Shown piece by piece: positions 47,179 to 57,789 of a stretch of 64,000 bases of DNA. A program made the position numbers and the translations under genes. The notes beneath the pieces were generated by a model, which saw nothing but the letters and a program-made list of their open reading frames with translations, ran no database searches and had not been told where the DNA came from. The stretch lies in assembly GCA_964583675.1 (NCBI GenBank), contig CAZOVH010000001.1, forward strand, positions 17,754-81,753, read 5' to 3'. The number at the start of each line of letters is the position of its first letter. The first letter of the stretch is position 1. Origin of the DNA: an uncultured Candidatus Saccharibacteria bacterium (GTDB lineage: Bacteria > Patescibacteriota > Saccharimonadia > CAILAD01 > GCA-016700035).

Positions 47179-47844
47179 TCAGTTCTCCAAGAGTTTTTCA
47201 AGTCTTACGGCGTCCTCAAGCTGAAAATCCCCAACTTCGGTACGCTTTAAAGCCGACAAATAGGCGCCCGTACCTAAACTCTCACCTAAAGAACGCGCCA
47301 AGGAGCGAATGTACGTACCACTCGATACTTTTACCGTAGCAGTCAGTCTTGGATAACTATACGCAACATCTCGCCACCAATGCACTATCACTGGGCGTGC
47401 GGCCATTTCCGGCACCTCACCCTTACGGGCCAAACTATAGGCGCGCTTACCGTTTATTTTAATCGCACTATAAATCGGTGGAGTTTGCAAAATTTCTCCA
47501 GATAGCGCATCTATTACCACCCGAATCTCGTCGAGCGACGCCTCCCGATCCGAAATATACTCTTTCTCTCCTTCACCATCATCGGTAGTAGAAAACTCAC
47601 CTAACGTAATCTCCAGCTCATACACTTTGTCGAGCTTGGTCAGAGCCTGAGCCTGCCTGGTATATTCCTTACCTACTAAGAGCACCATAAGACCCTCTGC
47701 CAATGGATCGAGCGTACCCGTGTGCCCTACTTTACGAATATCCGTAAGCTTACGTAATTGGGCTACACTCTTAAATGAGCTTTGGTTTTTCGGCTTATGA
47801 ACAAGCCAGATACCCTCCGGAGATTCTAGTGTTCCGCGCTTCAT
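47179..47844 (-). CDS. truB: tRNA pseudouridine(55) synthase
   Basis: KVGHTGTLDPLA.G, PP.YSAIK.NG and GTYIRSLA motifs. Confidence 0.96.
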   Translation of the reverse strand: MKRGTLESPEGIWLVHKPKNQSSFKSVAQLRKLTDIRKVGHTGTLDPLAEGLMVLLVGKEYTRQAQALTKLDKVYELEITLGEFSTTDDGEGEKEYISDREASLDEIRVVIDALSGEILQTPPIYSAIKINGKRAYSLARKGEVPEMAARPVIVHWWRDVAYSYPRLTATVKVSSGTYIRSLARSLGESLGTGAYLSALKRTEVGDFQLEDAVRLEKLLEN

Positions 47845-47887
47845 GCCAGCTCCCTCAATGAATACTTATTGTATGCAATACTGCAAA

Positions 47888-48832
47888 TTACTGCTGTTGA
47901 GACTGGGCTGGTACAGGATTAAATACCCCACCTGGCTGCAAAATATTCGTACTTTGAGCCTGCTCCTGTTTCAACTGTTCGGCTGCCGCCTGCAAGTCAT
48001 TTTTTACTTGGTCGGACAAAACCTCAGAGATCTTTCGAGCTTTTTTTGCCGGCGCGGCAACTCCAGCTCCCGCGCTAAATAGCTCTCGCACTACTTCCTG
48101 CTGTCGAGCGCCGCCGCTCAAAAGCTGAGCCGCAACCGTCATCGTCTTCGAGGTAGTAGAACTTGTAGTAAATCGGTTTGTAGCCGACATAATGCCCGCC
48201 AAGAGAGCTGTGGCGATATCTGCATCAATCATGCCTTGACCAAGAGACTCTATAGTCCCAATCAAGAGTTCGCTTACCGAACTCGCGTTCGTATCAATAA
48301 AGTTCACACTCCCATAGCTTTCGTTAATGCGATGATAATCAATATTAATCAGGTGTAAACCATCAAACAAGGTTGGATTTGCTTCGAGCATACTGTCAAT
48401 TTGGGCGAGTTTATGCACACCAACAACAACCACGAGATCGAACTGGTATGACCCGTAATCAAAGCGGGCATCCTCTGGTCGGAAATTACCTACAGCAGGA
48501 GTAATAGTAATATCGAGTCGACCATCGACAATATCATACTTCAGCTTATCTACTTCAACCTGAGCCAGGTCAAGAGACACAACAAAATCACGCACACCAT
48601 CAAGGGTGCGGCTAATATGACGAGTATCAAGGATCTTTTCTGCAGCAACAGGAGCCGCATCCGTAATAACCGCATGGCTTTTCTTGCCAAGTCGAGCTAA
48701 AATCTGTTGCAACGCATACACAGCCGCAACCTGATCTACGTTCGGTTCGCGACCGGTCACGATTAAAACACTCTCGGCTTGGCGCAAGAGTTCGACAGTC
48801 TGTTGTTTGGATGTAAGTTCTGCTGTTTGCAT
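47888..48832 (-). CDS. DHH/NrnA-like protein with degenerate catalytic motifs
   Basis: P..D motif (EPNVD), INIDYH, ASS.SE and IATALLAGI...T..F; sits upstream of truB like nrnA. Start MQTAE at 48832 is likely. Confidence 0.7.
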   Translation of the reverse strand: MQTAELTSKQQTVELLRQAESVLIVTGREPNVDQVAAVYALQQILARLGKKSHAVITDAAPVAAEKILDTRHISRTLDGVRDFVVSLDLAQVEVDKLKYDIVDGRLDITITPAVGNFRPEDARFDYGSYQFDLVVVVGVHKLAQIDSMLEANPTLFDGLHLINIDYHRINESYGSVNFIDTNASSVSELLIGTIESLGQGMIDADIATALLAGIMSATNRFTTSSTTSKTMTVAAQLLSGGARQQEVVRELFSAGAGVAAPAKKARKISEVLSDQVKNDLQAAAEQLKQEQAQSTNILQPGGVFNPVPAQSQQQ

Positions 48833-49018
48833 GGGAATATAACAATATACCAAATTACCTCAGATCTGTCAATAGCGTAAGCGGCTTTAGTATTCTCTCA
48901 GGTGTAAATCTTTACAAACCAGAAGAAATCAGGTATTATTGTGCGGTCTCTATGGATGCTTATCTAAGTAGCAAAAAGCTCCATATAACTACATAACTTG
49001 TAATATAAGGAAACCATT

Positions 49019-49378
49019 ATGCCAATTATCAAATCTGCTATGAAGCGTGTTCGCCAGGAAGAAAAGCGCCGCTCTCGCAATAACGCCACCAAGCGACGCA
49101 TTAAAGCCGCTACCAAGTCTACGCTAGCTCACGTAGCTACCGAGGACGTAAAAGCTGCTCAAACCGAGCTCACCAAGGCCATCTCTCTTCTGGATAAGGC
49201 CGTTAAAAAAGGCACCCTCCACAAAAACACTGCCGCCCGCCGCAAAAGTAAGCTCACCCGCTCCTACAACTCAGTAGCCAAAGAAGCTTACGGTACGACT
49301 GCTGCCACCAAGAAAACCGAAGCAAAGAAGCCAGCTGCAAAGAAAGCTCCTGCTAAAAAACCGGCTGCGAAGAAGTAA
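49019..49378 (+). CDS. rpsT: 30S ribosomal protein S20 with Lys/Ala-rich C-terminal tail
   Basis: IKSA.KR.RQ and LDKAVKKG.LHKNTAARRKSKL motifs. Confidence 0.96.
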   Translation: MPIIKSAMKRVRQEEKRRSRNNATKRRIKAATKSTLAHVATEDVKAAQTELTKAISLLDKAVKKGTLHKNTAARRKSKLTRSYNSVAKEAYGTTAATKKTEAKKPAAKKAPAKKPAAKK

Positions 49379-49381
49379 AAG

Positions 49382-50302
49382 CTACTCTTTACGAGCTAAT
49401 TGCATCACCAGGTCAATCATGGCCTGGTGAGCTTTTTTTTCACCTGTTTTCATAGTAATATCTGCATCGAGTAGCGCAGTATACGCCTGCTCTAAATCAC
49501 TTCGCGTTAGGTTGCGCACAATTGGCTGAGCCTTCTGGAGAGAATACGGTTTTACCCCACAAGCCTTCAGTTCCGCCTCACCAGCCCCCTCCATCGCAAG
49601 TGTCAGGACGCGATAGTGCCACATAAGCGTACCTATCAGCTGCTGATCATTAGCGCCACTTGCCGCGAGCTGTCGGTAGCTTTCCACTGCCCCGCTCACA
49701 TTGTACCTACTAATCATCTCGATCAAATCAAACACGCTATCATGCACATTTTTTGAGGTATGCTCATCGATGATGGCGCGAGTAATAGTAGAATCCGCCA
49801 GAGCGAGCTTTGTGATTTCACTCGCCAAAAGCCATTCGTCTTCGCCCACTCGCTGCAACAAATACTGCGCATCTTGGACCGAAAGCGCCGCACCGTGTCG
49901 CTTTGCCTCCGCCCGCATCCAAGCGACACGCTCCTGGGGGGTGTGGGCTGCAAATAGCTTGGTATGCTTCATGCCAGACAAAAACTTATATAGCTTGGTG
50001 CGACGGTCGAGCCCTCGACCATCAATAACTGCCACAGTCGTATCTGGCACCTTATTAACTAGCATCTCGAGTTTTTCCATTTCATCCTTAAGACTTGCAA
50101 TACCAGTAATAATGACGAGGCGATGCGAGAAGAACATCGGTAATGCTAGGAGTGACTGCTCTAGGGCTGCAAAACCCTCCAAGCTAACATCTACGCTCAC
50201 TTCATCGAGCGCATCCTGATACTTACTCGCATACTGCTGCCGCAGCTTAGAAATATGCTGCGCAATCGCAAAATCATTATCGCCACCAAGAAAAAGTATC
50301 AC
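49382..50302 (-). CDS. holA: DNA polymerase III delta subunit
   Basis: LPMF...RLVI, L..EI.KL, VFDL and D...KTG motifs; convergent with rpsT (common synteny). Confidence 0.88.
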   Translation of the reverse strand: MILFLGGDNDFAIAQHISKLRQQYASKYQDALDEVSVDVSLEGFAALEQSLLALPMFFSHRLVIITGIASLKDEMEKLEMLVNKVPDTTVAVIDGRGLDRRTKLYKFLSGMKHTKLFAAHTPQERVAWMRAEAKRHGAALSVQDAQYLLQRVGEDEWLLASEITKLALADSTITRAIIDEHTSKNVHDSVFDLIEMISRYNVSGAVESYRQLAASGANDQQLIGTLMWHYRVLTLAMEGAGEAELKACGVKPYSLQKAQPIVRNLTRSDLEQAYTALLDADITMKTGEKKAHQAMIDLVMQLARKE

Positions 50303-51180
50303 GTGCGCACCTTTGGCTGACAGTGCGCGCAGACATGGGTTCCGCGACTGGCTACACGGATTTTCTCAACAGCTCGACCACAGTTTGGACATGCCTGTCC
50401 CTCGCGCCGAAACACCCTGGCAAACGTCAGGTAGCTACCCTTACGACCCTCTGCATCAACATAATTCTTATCACTCGAGCCACCTAAAGAAATCGAGAGC
50501 TGCATCACCTCCCTGAGTGCCACATACAGTCGCTTGAGCTTTACGGAACTCACCTTCTCTACCAGGGTGGATGGGTGGATGCGAGCTGCAAACAGCCCCT
50601 CGTCGGCATAAATATTCCCCACACCCGCCAGCACCGTCTGATCTAAAATTGCCGCCTTTATACTGGTACGCGGTCGCCTCTGCACGCGCGCTCTAAACTC
50701 TTCAAACGTAAAATCTTCGGCCAATGCCTCGGGGCCCAACTTAACCATGAACGGCTCATCTGATACTTGCTCAGTGCGCATAAACTTCACCCAACCAAAC
50801 TTCCGCTGATCGTTAAAATACAAATGCGAGCCATCCACAAAATCAAAAATTACACGCGTAGATCTATCTGGTAAATTGCCAATCAAACTATCGTTAGGAT
50901 GCCCAGCACCAAAGCTCTCACCTTTTGGCTCTCGGAATACGAGCTGGCCAGTCATCTTTAAATGAATAAGTAGGCTAAACCCGGTATTAAGCTCAATAAT
51001 AAGGGCTTTCCCACGCCGATTCACCCGCTCGACAGTAGCACCAATAAGATGCGACGTAACGTCTTCAGCGTTATTAGGAAAACTTTTTGGCGTATCATGC
51101 TCCACGCGAGCAATAACACGACCAGGCAATAGTCGCGCTAATCCCAACCTCACGGTCTCTACTTCTGGCAATTCAGGCAT
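50299..51180 (-). CDS. mutM: Formamidopyrimidine-DNA glycosylase
   Basis: MPELPEVET, HLKMTG, D.RKFG, GVGNIYADE and C-terminal zinc finger. Confidence 0.97.
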   Translation of the reverse strand: MPELPEVETVRLGLARLLPGRVIARVEHDTPKSFPNNAEDVTSHLIGATVERVNRRGKALIIELNTGFSLLIHLKMTGQLVFREPKGESFGAGHPNDSLIGNLPDRSTRVIFDFVDGSHLYFNDQRKFGWVKFMRTEQVSDEPFMVKLGPEALAEDFTFEEFRARVQRRPRTSIKAAILDQTVLAGVGNIYADEGLFAARIHPSTLVEKVSSVKLKRLYVALREVMQLSISLGGSSDKNYVDAEGRKGSYLTFARVFRREGQACPNCGRAVEKIRVASRGTHVCAHCQPKVRT

Positions 51181-51222
51181 ATATACAGTATACAGTTAGC
51201 GCGAAGATGAATCTGCTAACGC

Positions 51223-51672
51223 TTAAGTGAGGCCAATATGACGACGCAACTCAGCAACATCGCCCTGATACCACACTGCATCGATTCCGGCATCTGTAGC
51301 CCCCATGCAATTCGCCTGACGGTCGTCAACAAAAACTATCTCAGACGCAGGCACCTTTAGCACACTCAATACATGCGCAAAGTACTCTGGCTGCGGCTTA
51401 GCGGCCCCCATATCAGGAGTAATGAGCTGCGCAATCGTCGGAGCATCATCAATTTTCTTCCATACCGAATCAATCCAAGCCTTACCACTGTTAGATGCCA
51501 AAGCCAACGAAACCCCTTTTCTCTGTAAATCCTGCATCAGTCCTATCATTTCACTATCCACCGCGTGCTTGGTATGCACACCCACATAACTTAAACCAGA
51601 TCGTACGCCCAACGGCACAATTACTCCAAGAAAATCGAACACTACCCATCGAGGCAATTTAGTCGAGCTCAC
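51223..51672 (-). CDS. Short HAD-superfamily hydrolase (little or no cap domain)
   Basis: VVFD..GV, LASN, KP.P..F and FVDD...N..GA...G motifs. Confidence 0.75.
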   Translation of the reverse strand: MSSTKLPRWVVFDFLGVIVPLGVRSGLSYVGVHTKHAVDSEMIGLMQDLQRKGVSLALASNSGKAWIDSVWKKIDDAPTIAQLITPDMGAAKPQPEYFAHVLSVLKVPASEIVFVDDRQANCMGATDAGIDAVWYQGDVAELRRHIGLT

Positions 51673-54421
51673 CCCAATCCTTTCCTGTTTCTACTTCCAC
51701 GACAATCGGCACCTCGAGCTTAATCACATCCTCCATGGTGTCTTTCATAATTTTCGTAACTTCATCCTGAAGCTTAGTGTCGCATTCCACAATGAGTTCG
51801 TCATGAATCTGCAAAATCATATGCGCTGTGCCATTTAGTTTAGCCAATTTTGGTGCCAACTGAATCATTGCTAATTTCATCATATCTGCCGCTGTACCCT
51901 GGAGAGGCATGTTCACTGCTTGTCTCTCAGCAGCAGAGCGAACAATAAAATTACTCGATTTTACATCTGGACACGGGCGCCTTCGGCCATACAAAGTTTC
52001 AGTATAACCTTCGTCATGAGCCTGTTTTTTAATGCGGCGAATGTAATCGGCAACGCCACGACGCAACTCAAAGTAGCGATCAATAAAGGCCTTACTATCT
52101 TCATAGCTCATGCCGGTCGCAACCGATAGTCCATGCGTATTCATGCCGTATAGCACACCAAAATTGATAGTTTTAGCTCCGTAGCGCTGCTCTTTAGTAA
52201 CTTCTTCTGGCTTTACGCCGTGCATTTGAGCAGCTGTGAGTGTATGAATATCGATACCAGACTTAAAATCTTCAATCATCTGAGTATCTCCTGCCATCGC
52301 AGCAGCTAGACGTAGCTCAATCTGACTGTAATCGGCCGCTACGAGGACCTTGCCTTTCTTAGCAACAAAAGCCCTGCGGATTTCGCGCCCTAGAGGTGTA
52401 CGTACTGGAATATTCTGTAGATTCGGATCACTACTAGAAAGCCGGCCAGTCTGGGCGATGGTCTGGTTATAGCTAGTGTGGATTCGACCATCCGACTCGT
52501 TTACGAGTAGTGGCAAGGCATCAACATACGTGCTCTTCAGCTTGCTTATTTCGCGATATTCAAAAATTAGCTCAATAATCGGGTGTCTTCCGCGCAGCTT
52601 TTCTAGTTCTGTGGCTGCCGTAGAAATACCGGTCTTACCCTTTTTCAAATCGCTGTGCTCAATTTTGAGCTTATCAAATAATACCGACTTAAGTTGCTGG
52701 GTCGAGGCAATATTAAACTCACCTTCAGCATAATCCCAAATCTGCTTCTGCACTTCAGCAAGACGCTTAGCGAGACGAGCCGAAAATTCAGCAAGGAAAT
52801 CTGTGTCGAGAGTGACCCCTTGCAATTCCACGTCTCCCAAAACCGGTATCAAAGGCCACTCCAAAGTTTCGCCCACTTCAGTTAACTTACCAATCTCACC
52901 TAAACGCGGCTGCAGAACTTCATAGAGACGCCAAGTTATATCGGCATCCTCCGCGGCATACTGACCAGCTTGAGCAATCTCTGTCTCCGCAAAAGTTTTC
53001 TGCCCCTTACCTTTCTGACCTATCAGTTCAGTTATTTCAATCATCTCAATGCCAAGCTCAGACAGAGCCAAGCCAGAAAGTGTCTGCGCCCGTCCAACAG
53101 GGCTTATCAGAAATGCAGCAATCATGGTGTCAAAAACAATCCCCTGCATGTGCACACCAGCCTGACGCATTATCTGGTAATCATACTTTATATTGTGGCC
53201 AACCTTTCCAATTTCTGGACTTTGCAATATTGGGCCGAGTACATCTAAAACCGTTGCAACGCTCAGCTGATCCCCGGCTGTATGCCCAACTGGAACGTAA
53301 TATGCTTCGCCAGCCTTCCAAGCAAAACTTAAGCCTACTAGCCCTGCCGTCATAACGTTAAGCCCTGTGGTTTCCGTATCAAAGGCAATAACCCTTTGTG
53401 TACTCAATGCTTTTGCAAGCTTTTCGAGCGCATCACGATCTTGTACAATCTCATACTTTGCCGTCTTCAAATGATCTCGAAGCAGTTTTTGCGGTTGCTT
53501 CTCCACTCCATAGATTTCATCAAAAAGATTTGGCTGCTGCGCGTCTTCTTGCTGATTCTTGGGTAATTTCGCAATCAGCGATCTAAATTCCAACTCCGTA
53601 AAGAGCTGTACGACTTTATCGCGATTAAAGCGATGCAGTCTAGCTTTCTCCAGATCGAACTCAAACTCAACATCGCACACAATCCGCGAAAGCTCCAAAG
53701 AATGATAGGCGTCTTCCTTACCCTCCTCAAGTTTTTTACGAACAGCTGGTTTGAGTTCATCCAAATTTGCATATATACCGTCCAGCGTTTTGTATTTCTG
53801 CACTAAATCGGTGGCAGTTTTTTCACCAATCCCCTTCACCCCAGGAATGTTATCGCTCGAATCGCCTTTTAGGGCCTTAGTAACCAAAAATTCTTCGGGA
53901 TTAACCCCATAGCGCCCCTCAACTGCCTTCACATCATATAAGACCGTATCGGAAAAACCTCGGCGCAGCGTATACACCCGCACATGCTCATCAACAAGCT
54001 GCAGCTCATCCATGTCACCAGTCACAATTACCACATCATGTGTTTTCTTATGTTGTGCGGCCAACGTACCAATCACGTCATCGGCTTCGTACCCCTCAAC
54101 ACCAATAACCGGAATTTCAAAAACATCCAACAAGTTTCGAGTTACATCAAACTGCGGCACAAGATCAGCATCCGTCTCCTTACGCGTACCCTTGTACTCC
54201 TTATACATATCATGCCGAAACGTCTTGCCAGGCATATCCCACGCCACAACCACATATTCTGGCTGCAGCTCCTTAATCGCATTCAAGAGCATCATCGTAA
54301 AACCATACACCCCATTGGTTGGCGTACCGTCCTTGGTGGAAAGATACGGAATAGCGTGAAAACCTCGATGCAAAAGCGCGTGCCCATCGAAAATTGCTAT
54401 ACGTGATCTGGTATTTACCAT
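51659..54421 (-). CDS. polA: DNA polymerase I
   Basis: 5'-3' exonuclease (EADDVIG), 3'-5' exonuclease (FDTET) and polymerase motifs (ADYSQIELR, AKTINFG, QIHDE). Start set at ATG 54421. Confidence 0.96.
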   Translation of the reverse strand: MVNTRSRIAIFDGHALLHRGFHAIPYLSTKDGTPTNGVYGFTMMLLNAIKELQPEYVVVAWDMPGKTFRHDMYKEYKGTRKETDADLVPQFDVTRNLLDVFEIPVIGVEGYEADDVIGTLAAQHKKTHDVVIVTGDMDELQLVDEHVRVYTLRRGFSDTVLYDVKAVEGRYGVNPEEFLVTKALKGDSSDNIPGVKGIGEKTATDLVQKYKTLDGIYANLDELKPAVRKKLEEGKEDAYHSLELSRIVCDVEFEFDLEKARLHRFNRDKVVQLFTELEFRSLIAKLPKNQQEDAQQPNLFDEIYGVEKQPQKLLRDHLKTAKYEIVQDRDALEKLAKALSTQRVIAFDTETTGLNVMTAGLVGLSFAWKAGEAYYVPVGHTAGDQLSVATVLDVLGPILQSPEIGKVGHNIKYDYQIMRQAGVHMQGIVFDTMIAAFLISPVGRAQTLSGLALSELGIEMIEITELIGQKGKGQKTFAETEIAQAGQYAAEDADITWRLYEVLQPRLGEIGKLTEVGETLEWPLIPVLGDVELQGVTLDTDFLAEFSARLAKRLAEVQKQIWDYAEGEFNIASTQQLKSVLFDKLKIEHSDLKKGKTGISTAATELEKLRGRHPIIELIFEYREISKLKSTYVDALPLLVNESDGRIHTSYNQTIAQTGRLSSSDPNLQNIPVRTPLGREIRRAFVAKKGKVLVAADYSQIELRLAAAMAGDTQMIEDFKSGIDIHTLTAAQMHGVKPEEVTKEQRYGAKTINFGVLYGMNTHGLSVATGMSYEDSKAFIDRYFELRRGVADYIRRIKKQAHDEGYTETLYGRRRPCPDVKSSNFIVRSAAERQAVNMPLQGTAADMMKLAMIQLAPKLAKLNGTAHMILQIHDELIVECDTKLQDEVTKIMKDTMEDVIKLEVPIVVEVETGKDWGELD

Positions 54422-54471
54422 ACTCCAGATTATACCTGGTTTTTTGTAAGTTCGGGTGCAATAATAACCGT

Positions 54472-54747
54472 ATGAGTGAATCAAGAAGTCCCCACGAAGA
54501 TATTGTAGGAAGCTCTGAGGTTGATCCAGACGACATCCGTCGCTTTCTCAAGGCGACAAAAAAGGATGAAGTAGTTCATGCGCCAGGTCCAGCAGCCAAT
54601 CTTGCGGAAACTGCGGAGGAGCGCGCGGAGGCAACAACTGAGCCAGAGATATCTGAGGACTATTACCAGCACCAACTTGAACAATTGCGCAAATTAAGGC
54701 GCGAACGAGAAGATGGCGAACCTCCTGCCGATGACACTCAACAATAA
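54472..54747 (+). CDS. Small acidic hypothetical protein (91 aa)
   Basis: ORF MSESRSPHED...; divergent from polA, with an AATAAT box 6 nt before the ATG and a terminator at the stop. Confidence 0.65.
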   Translation: MSESRSPHEDIVGSSEVDPDDIRRFLKATKKDEVVHAPGPAANLAETAEERAEATTEPEISEDYYQHQLEQLRKLRREREDGEPPADDTQQ

Positions 54748-54778
54748 AACTGCTCGGCTATTTAACCGAGCAGTTTTA
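54745..54778. terminator. Bidirectional intrinsic terminator (rpoD / small ORF)
   Basis: TAAAACTGCTCGG-CTATTTAA-CCGAGCAGTTTTA. Confidence 0.85.
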
Positions 54779-54793
54779 CATCTCTACTTTTGA

Positions 54794-55915
54794 CTACTGT
54801 ATGTAATCTTTGAGTTTTTTCGAGTCTTTGTTCTTACGCAGCTTAGCTAGAGCCTTTGCTTCAATCTGACGGATACGCTCGCGCGTCACGCCAAACTCCT
54901 GCCCTACTTCTTCGAGTGTGTGCGATCGACCATCCTCAAGTCCAAATCGCATGCGCAAAATCTTCTGTTCGCGAGGCGTAAGTAGGGCGAGTGTCTCATC
55001 GATGTGCTCCTTTAAAAGCTCGTAGGTTGCAGCATCCACAGGACTCACCGAATCATGATCTTCGATGAATTCGGAGAGCGTTGAGTCATCATCTTCTCCA
55101 ACCGTAGCATCCAGCGAGGTAGTGTCTTGGCTAATTTTTTGGATATGCAGAACTTTTTCAACATCCATTTCCATTTCTTTAGCCAACTCTTCAGGGCTTG
55201 GCTCACGACCGAGTTCTGAAGTGAGGCGGCGCTGTGTACGGATGAGCTTGTTAATGGTCTCAACCATGTGCACCGGAATGCGAATCACACGAGCTTGGTC
55301 GGCAATTGCGCGAGTAATTGCTTGTCGAATCCACCAGGTTGCATAGGTAGAAAACTTGAACCCCTTAGTGTAATCAAATTTTTCAACAGCGCGCAGAAGC
55401 CCCGTGTTTCCTTCTTGAATCAGATCCAAAAGATCAAGACCACGACCGATATATTTCTTAGCAATCGAGACCACCAAGCGCATGTTGGCTTCAGCAAGCG
55501 CATCTTTAGCCGACTTATCACCCTGCTCAATACGCTTAGCTAGAGCTACTTCTTCTTCACCGGTGATAAGCGGGATTTTTCCGATTTCACGCAAATACAG
55601 ACGCACCGAGTCATCAGCGATATCTTTGATATATTCTTCGCTCACAGCTTTTTCGATATCTTCTTCTGGCTCTGTCTGCCAAATCAGCTTGTCTTTTTGA
55701 TCAACAACCTCGACACCCTGATCGATTAGTGCCGAATAGAGGTCATCTAAGAGCTCTACCTGTTCTTCGGCTGAAGGCACAGCTGCCATAATTTCTTGCT
55801 GAGTCACAAATCCTTGTTCACGCCCCTTAGAGAGTAGACGCTCTACAATTGGCTTAAGTTCTTCTGGGATTTGAGGTGGTGGGGTTGGTTCAGGATTCTT
55901 TGCCTTACGCGGCAT
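54794..55915 (-). CDS. rpoD: RNA polymerase primary sigma factor
   Basis: [42 protein letters not shown] and TRERIRQIE motifs. Confidence 0.97.
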   Translation of the reverse strand: MPRKAKNPEPTPPPQIPEELKPIVERLLSKGREQGFVTQQEIMAAVPSAEEQVELLDDLYSALIDQGVEVVDQKDKLIWQTEPEEDIEKAVSEEYIKDIADDSVRLYLREIGKIPLITGEEEVALAKRIEQGDKSAKDALAEANMRLVVSIAKKYIGRGLDLLDLIQEGNTGLLRAVEKFDYTKGFKFSTYATWWIRQAITRAIADQARVIRIPVHMVETINKLIRTQRRLTSELGREPSPEELAKEMEMDVEKVLHIQKISQDTTSLDATVGEDDDSTLSEFIEDHDSVSPVDAATYELLKEHIDETLALLTPREQKILRMRFGLEDGRSHTLEEVGQEFGVTRERIRQIEAKALAKLRKNKDSKKLKDYIQ

Positions 55916-55963
55916 GGAACACTCCTTCTAAAATTACATAAGTATAGCTCGCCAAGTATGAAG

Positions 55964-57733
55964 CTAGAGTTCGCTTATCTGCTTCATGATGGCCTGATAA
56001 CGATGAAGTTTTTGTGCGGCCAGGTTCATATCGCCCTGAGCTTCCGCTTGTGCGATTTCGCGCTGTAGCTGGCGCTTTTTTTGCTCATATGTGTGTTTGA
56101 GTAAATTGTGGACTTGGGTAAAGGCTTCGAGCCCTCTCTCGTGCTCGGTCATTTCCGAGTATTCATGGTTACCCCGTAACCCCAGCATCTTAACACGCTC
56201 CTCCAGGTTTGGCAAGGCTTTAATAATGCCTGGCTCGCCCACTCGCGGGTGCTTTGCAAGATATTGAAATAGGTCGATGTTTTCGCTCGATAATTCATCA
56301 AATTCTAAGTCTTCAAGAGCCATGCGAGTAGCGGGGTAAGCAATCAATAATTCTAGGAACATTTCTTCGAGACGAGCCCCCCTTGTGAGCTTTTTGGTAG
56401 CAGTTTTTGCAGCCGGTTTTTGTGCTTCTTGTTCAACTTTTGTATTCACAGTTTTCGTGACAACTTTTTGCTCAACTAAGCGCCGCATGTCCGGTTCATC
56501 AAACCAAACAAGCTGACTCAAGCGCTTAATGTAATTCTGTAATTCAATACGATCCTTAATCTTCCTCACAACCGGGACCAAGAACCTAGCGATTGCCTTC
56601 CTGGAAGTCCCAGTATCACCGCCGAACGTACGAATGGCATAGCTAAAAAGATAATCAATTGCATACTCAGAATTATCTACAAACTTCTGCCATGCTTGTG
56701 GATCAGCCTGCAATAGCTCGTCTGGATCCTTCGCACCCTCGATAGAAATTACTTCAATACGGACATTAGCTTCCTGGCCAAGCTCAATGGCTCTGAGTGT
56801 CGCCTGTAATCCTGCGGCGTCCTGATCGAAACAGAGCTTCACTTTAGACGCCAATCGACCGAGTGCCTTAATCTGATCAATTGTAAAAGCTGTGCCACTG
56901 GCCGCCACAACGTTTTTCTGGCCATGTTGCCAGAGCGTGACCACGTCAACATTGCCTTCCACAACAATTACTGCGTCTTGTTCACGAATTGCATCTTTGG
57001 CTTGAGACAATCCATACAGCACCTTAGATTTATGGTAAATTGGCGTATCGGAAGTATTCACATACTTAGCGGTTTTCTGGTCACTCGCCAGAATTCTGCC
57101 AGAAAAACCGACTGGCCTTCCCTGCGCATCCATCACCGGGAACATCACACGATCACGAAATACATCGTAGCCACCACGCGACTTAGTGCTCTTAGCTGCT
57201 AGGCCAGCTGTAATTAACTCATCTAGGCTAAATCCTTGCTTAATTGCGTAATCCACAAACCCAGTCCAACCATCAGGTGCGTAACCCAGACGAAAAGCTT
57301 TTATAGTCTCAGCGGTCACGCCACGAGTTTCACGTAAGTACGCCAGCGCTGCTTTATTACGAGAAAGCTGATAATGATAAAACTTTGTTGCTAGCTCAAC
57401 AGCAGCAAATATGCGCCCTTTTTTCTCACCGCTCATACCGCCACCACCACTACGAGGCTTGAGCTCTACACCCGCCCGAGCTGCCAGCATCTCAAGCGCC
57501 TCGGGAAAACTTAATCCCTCAGCGCGCATGACAAAACTAATAATATCGCCACCCTCGTTAGCTCCGAAATCATGCCAAATCTGCTTATCTGGGCTCACAA
57601 AAAAACTTGGCGTCTTCTCTGATCTAAATGGTGAAATGCCACGATAATCTTTGCCGGCTTTCTTAAGCTCAACATAACCAGCAATCACTTCGACGATATC
57701 GAGCCGCTGCTTAACTTCCTCAACATCATTCAT
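55964..57733 (-). CDS. dnaG: DNA primase
   Basis: PF..EKTPSF, FRDR.MFP, GFSGR, KY.N, TOPRIM (VEG..DV; FD.D.AG) and KDPDE motifs. Confidence 0.96.
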   Translation of the reverse strand: MNDVEEVKQRLDIVEVIAGYVELKKAGKDYRGISPFRSEKTPSFFVSPDKQIWHDFGANEGGDIISFVMRAEGLSFPEALEMLAARAGVELKPRSGGGGMSGEKKGRIFAAVELATKFYHYQLSRNKAALAYLRETRGVTAETIKAFRLGYAPDGWTGFVDYAIKQGFSLDELITAGLAAKSTKSRGGYDVFRDRVMFPVMDAQGRPVGFSGRILASDQKTAKYVNTSDTPIYHKSKVLYGLSQAKDAIREQDAVIVVEGNVDVVTLWQHGQKNVVAASGTAFTIDQIKALGRLASKVKLCFDQDAAGLQATLRAIELGQEANVRIEVISIEGAKDPDELLQADPQAWQKFVDNSEYAIDYLFSYAIRTFGGDTGTSRKAIARFLVPVVRKIKDRIELQNYIKRLSQLVWFDEPDMRRLVEQKVVTKTVNTKVEQEAQKPAAKTATKKLTRGARLEEMFLELLIAYPATRMALEDLEFDELSSENIDLFQYLAKHPRVGEPGIIKALPNLEERVKMLGLRGNHEYSEMTEHERGLEAFTQVHNLLKHTYEQKKRQLQREIAQAEAQGDMNLAAQKLHRYQAIMKQISEL

Positions 57734-57789
57734 ATGCTTATTATATGCCCTAAAGATAAAAAACCGAAGAGCACCCGAATGCGGCTATG

